Positions 63,996-64,000 of a stretch of DNA of 64,000 nucleotides are shown here, one piece after another. A program made the position numbers and the translations under genes. Under the pieces are notes generated by a model, which saw only the letters and a list, made by a program, of their open reading frames with translations, was not told the DNA's origin and made no database searches. The stretch's first letter is position 1. Every line of letters begins with the position of its first letter. This DNA is from an uncultured Verrucomicrobiae bacterium (GTDB lineage Bacteria > Verrucomicrobiota > Verrucomicrobiia > Chthoniobacterales > UBA10450), in the NCBI GenBank assembly GCA_963772365.1, contig CAVYXA010000003.1, forward strand, positions 768,896 to 832,895, written 5' to 3'.

Positions 63996-64000
63996 GAAGG

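Overview
This window is not one genome locus. It reads as four unrelated bacterial fragments joined end to end, with many single-base indels that split genes, as in unpolished long-read or metagenomic sequence. Taxonomy below is inferred from gene content and style, not from a database search. (A) 1-~5.6 kb, Verrucomicrobia-like: mlaE-mlaF, a lipoprotein, a PEP-CTERM gene, and a 2.3-kb insert bounded by a 42-bp duplication of the mlaF 3' end. The insert holds an alpha/beta hydrolase with integron-cassette core sites and an IS110 remnant. (B) ~5.6-50.5 kb, Gemmatimonadota-like: an arginine operon (argG, a DUF1611/DgcN-like gene, argC, argD, N-acetylornithine carbamoyltransferase), LysM and lipoprotein genes, two M42 peptidase homologues (one without metal ligands), alpha-2-macroglobulin with pbpC, a NifA-like activator, Lrp-EamA, a degenerate REC-GGDEF-REC protein, an APC permease, two ECF sigma/anti-sigma/DUF4097 modules, two multi-PAS histidine kinases, a YtrA-type GntR-ABC operon, and many short-period tandem and inverted repeats. 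(C) ~50.5-55.3 kb, Planctomycetota-like: a redoxin, ribBA and a TPR glycosyltransferase. (D) ~55.3-64 kb, Actinomycetota-like: valS, folC, DUF4233, ndk, and ileS with a translational T-box riboswitch. The best leads are the DUF1611-like gene as a candidate non-canonical N-acetylglutamate synthase, the decayed integron/IS110 island at mlaF, the active/inactive M42 pair, and a promoter motif shared by the two ECF modules. No rRNA, tRNA or CRISPR array was found.
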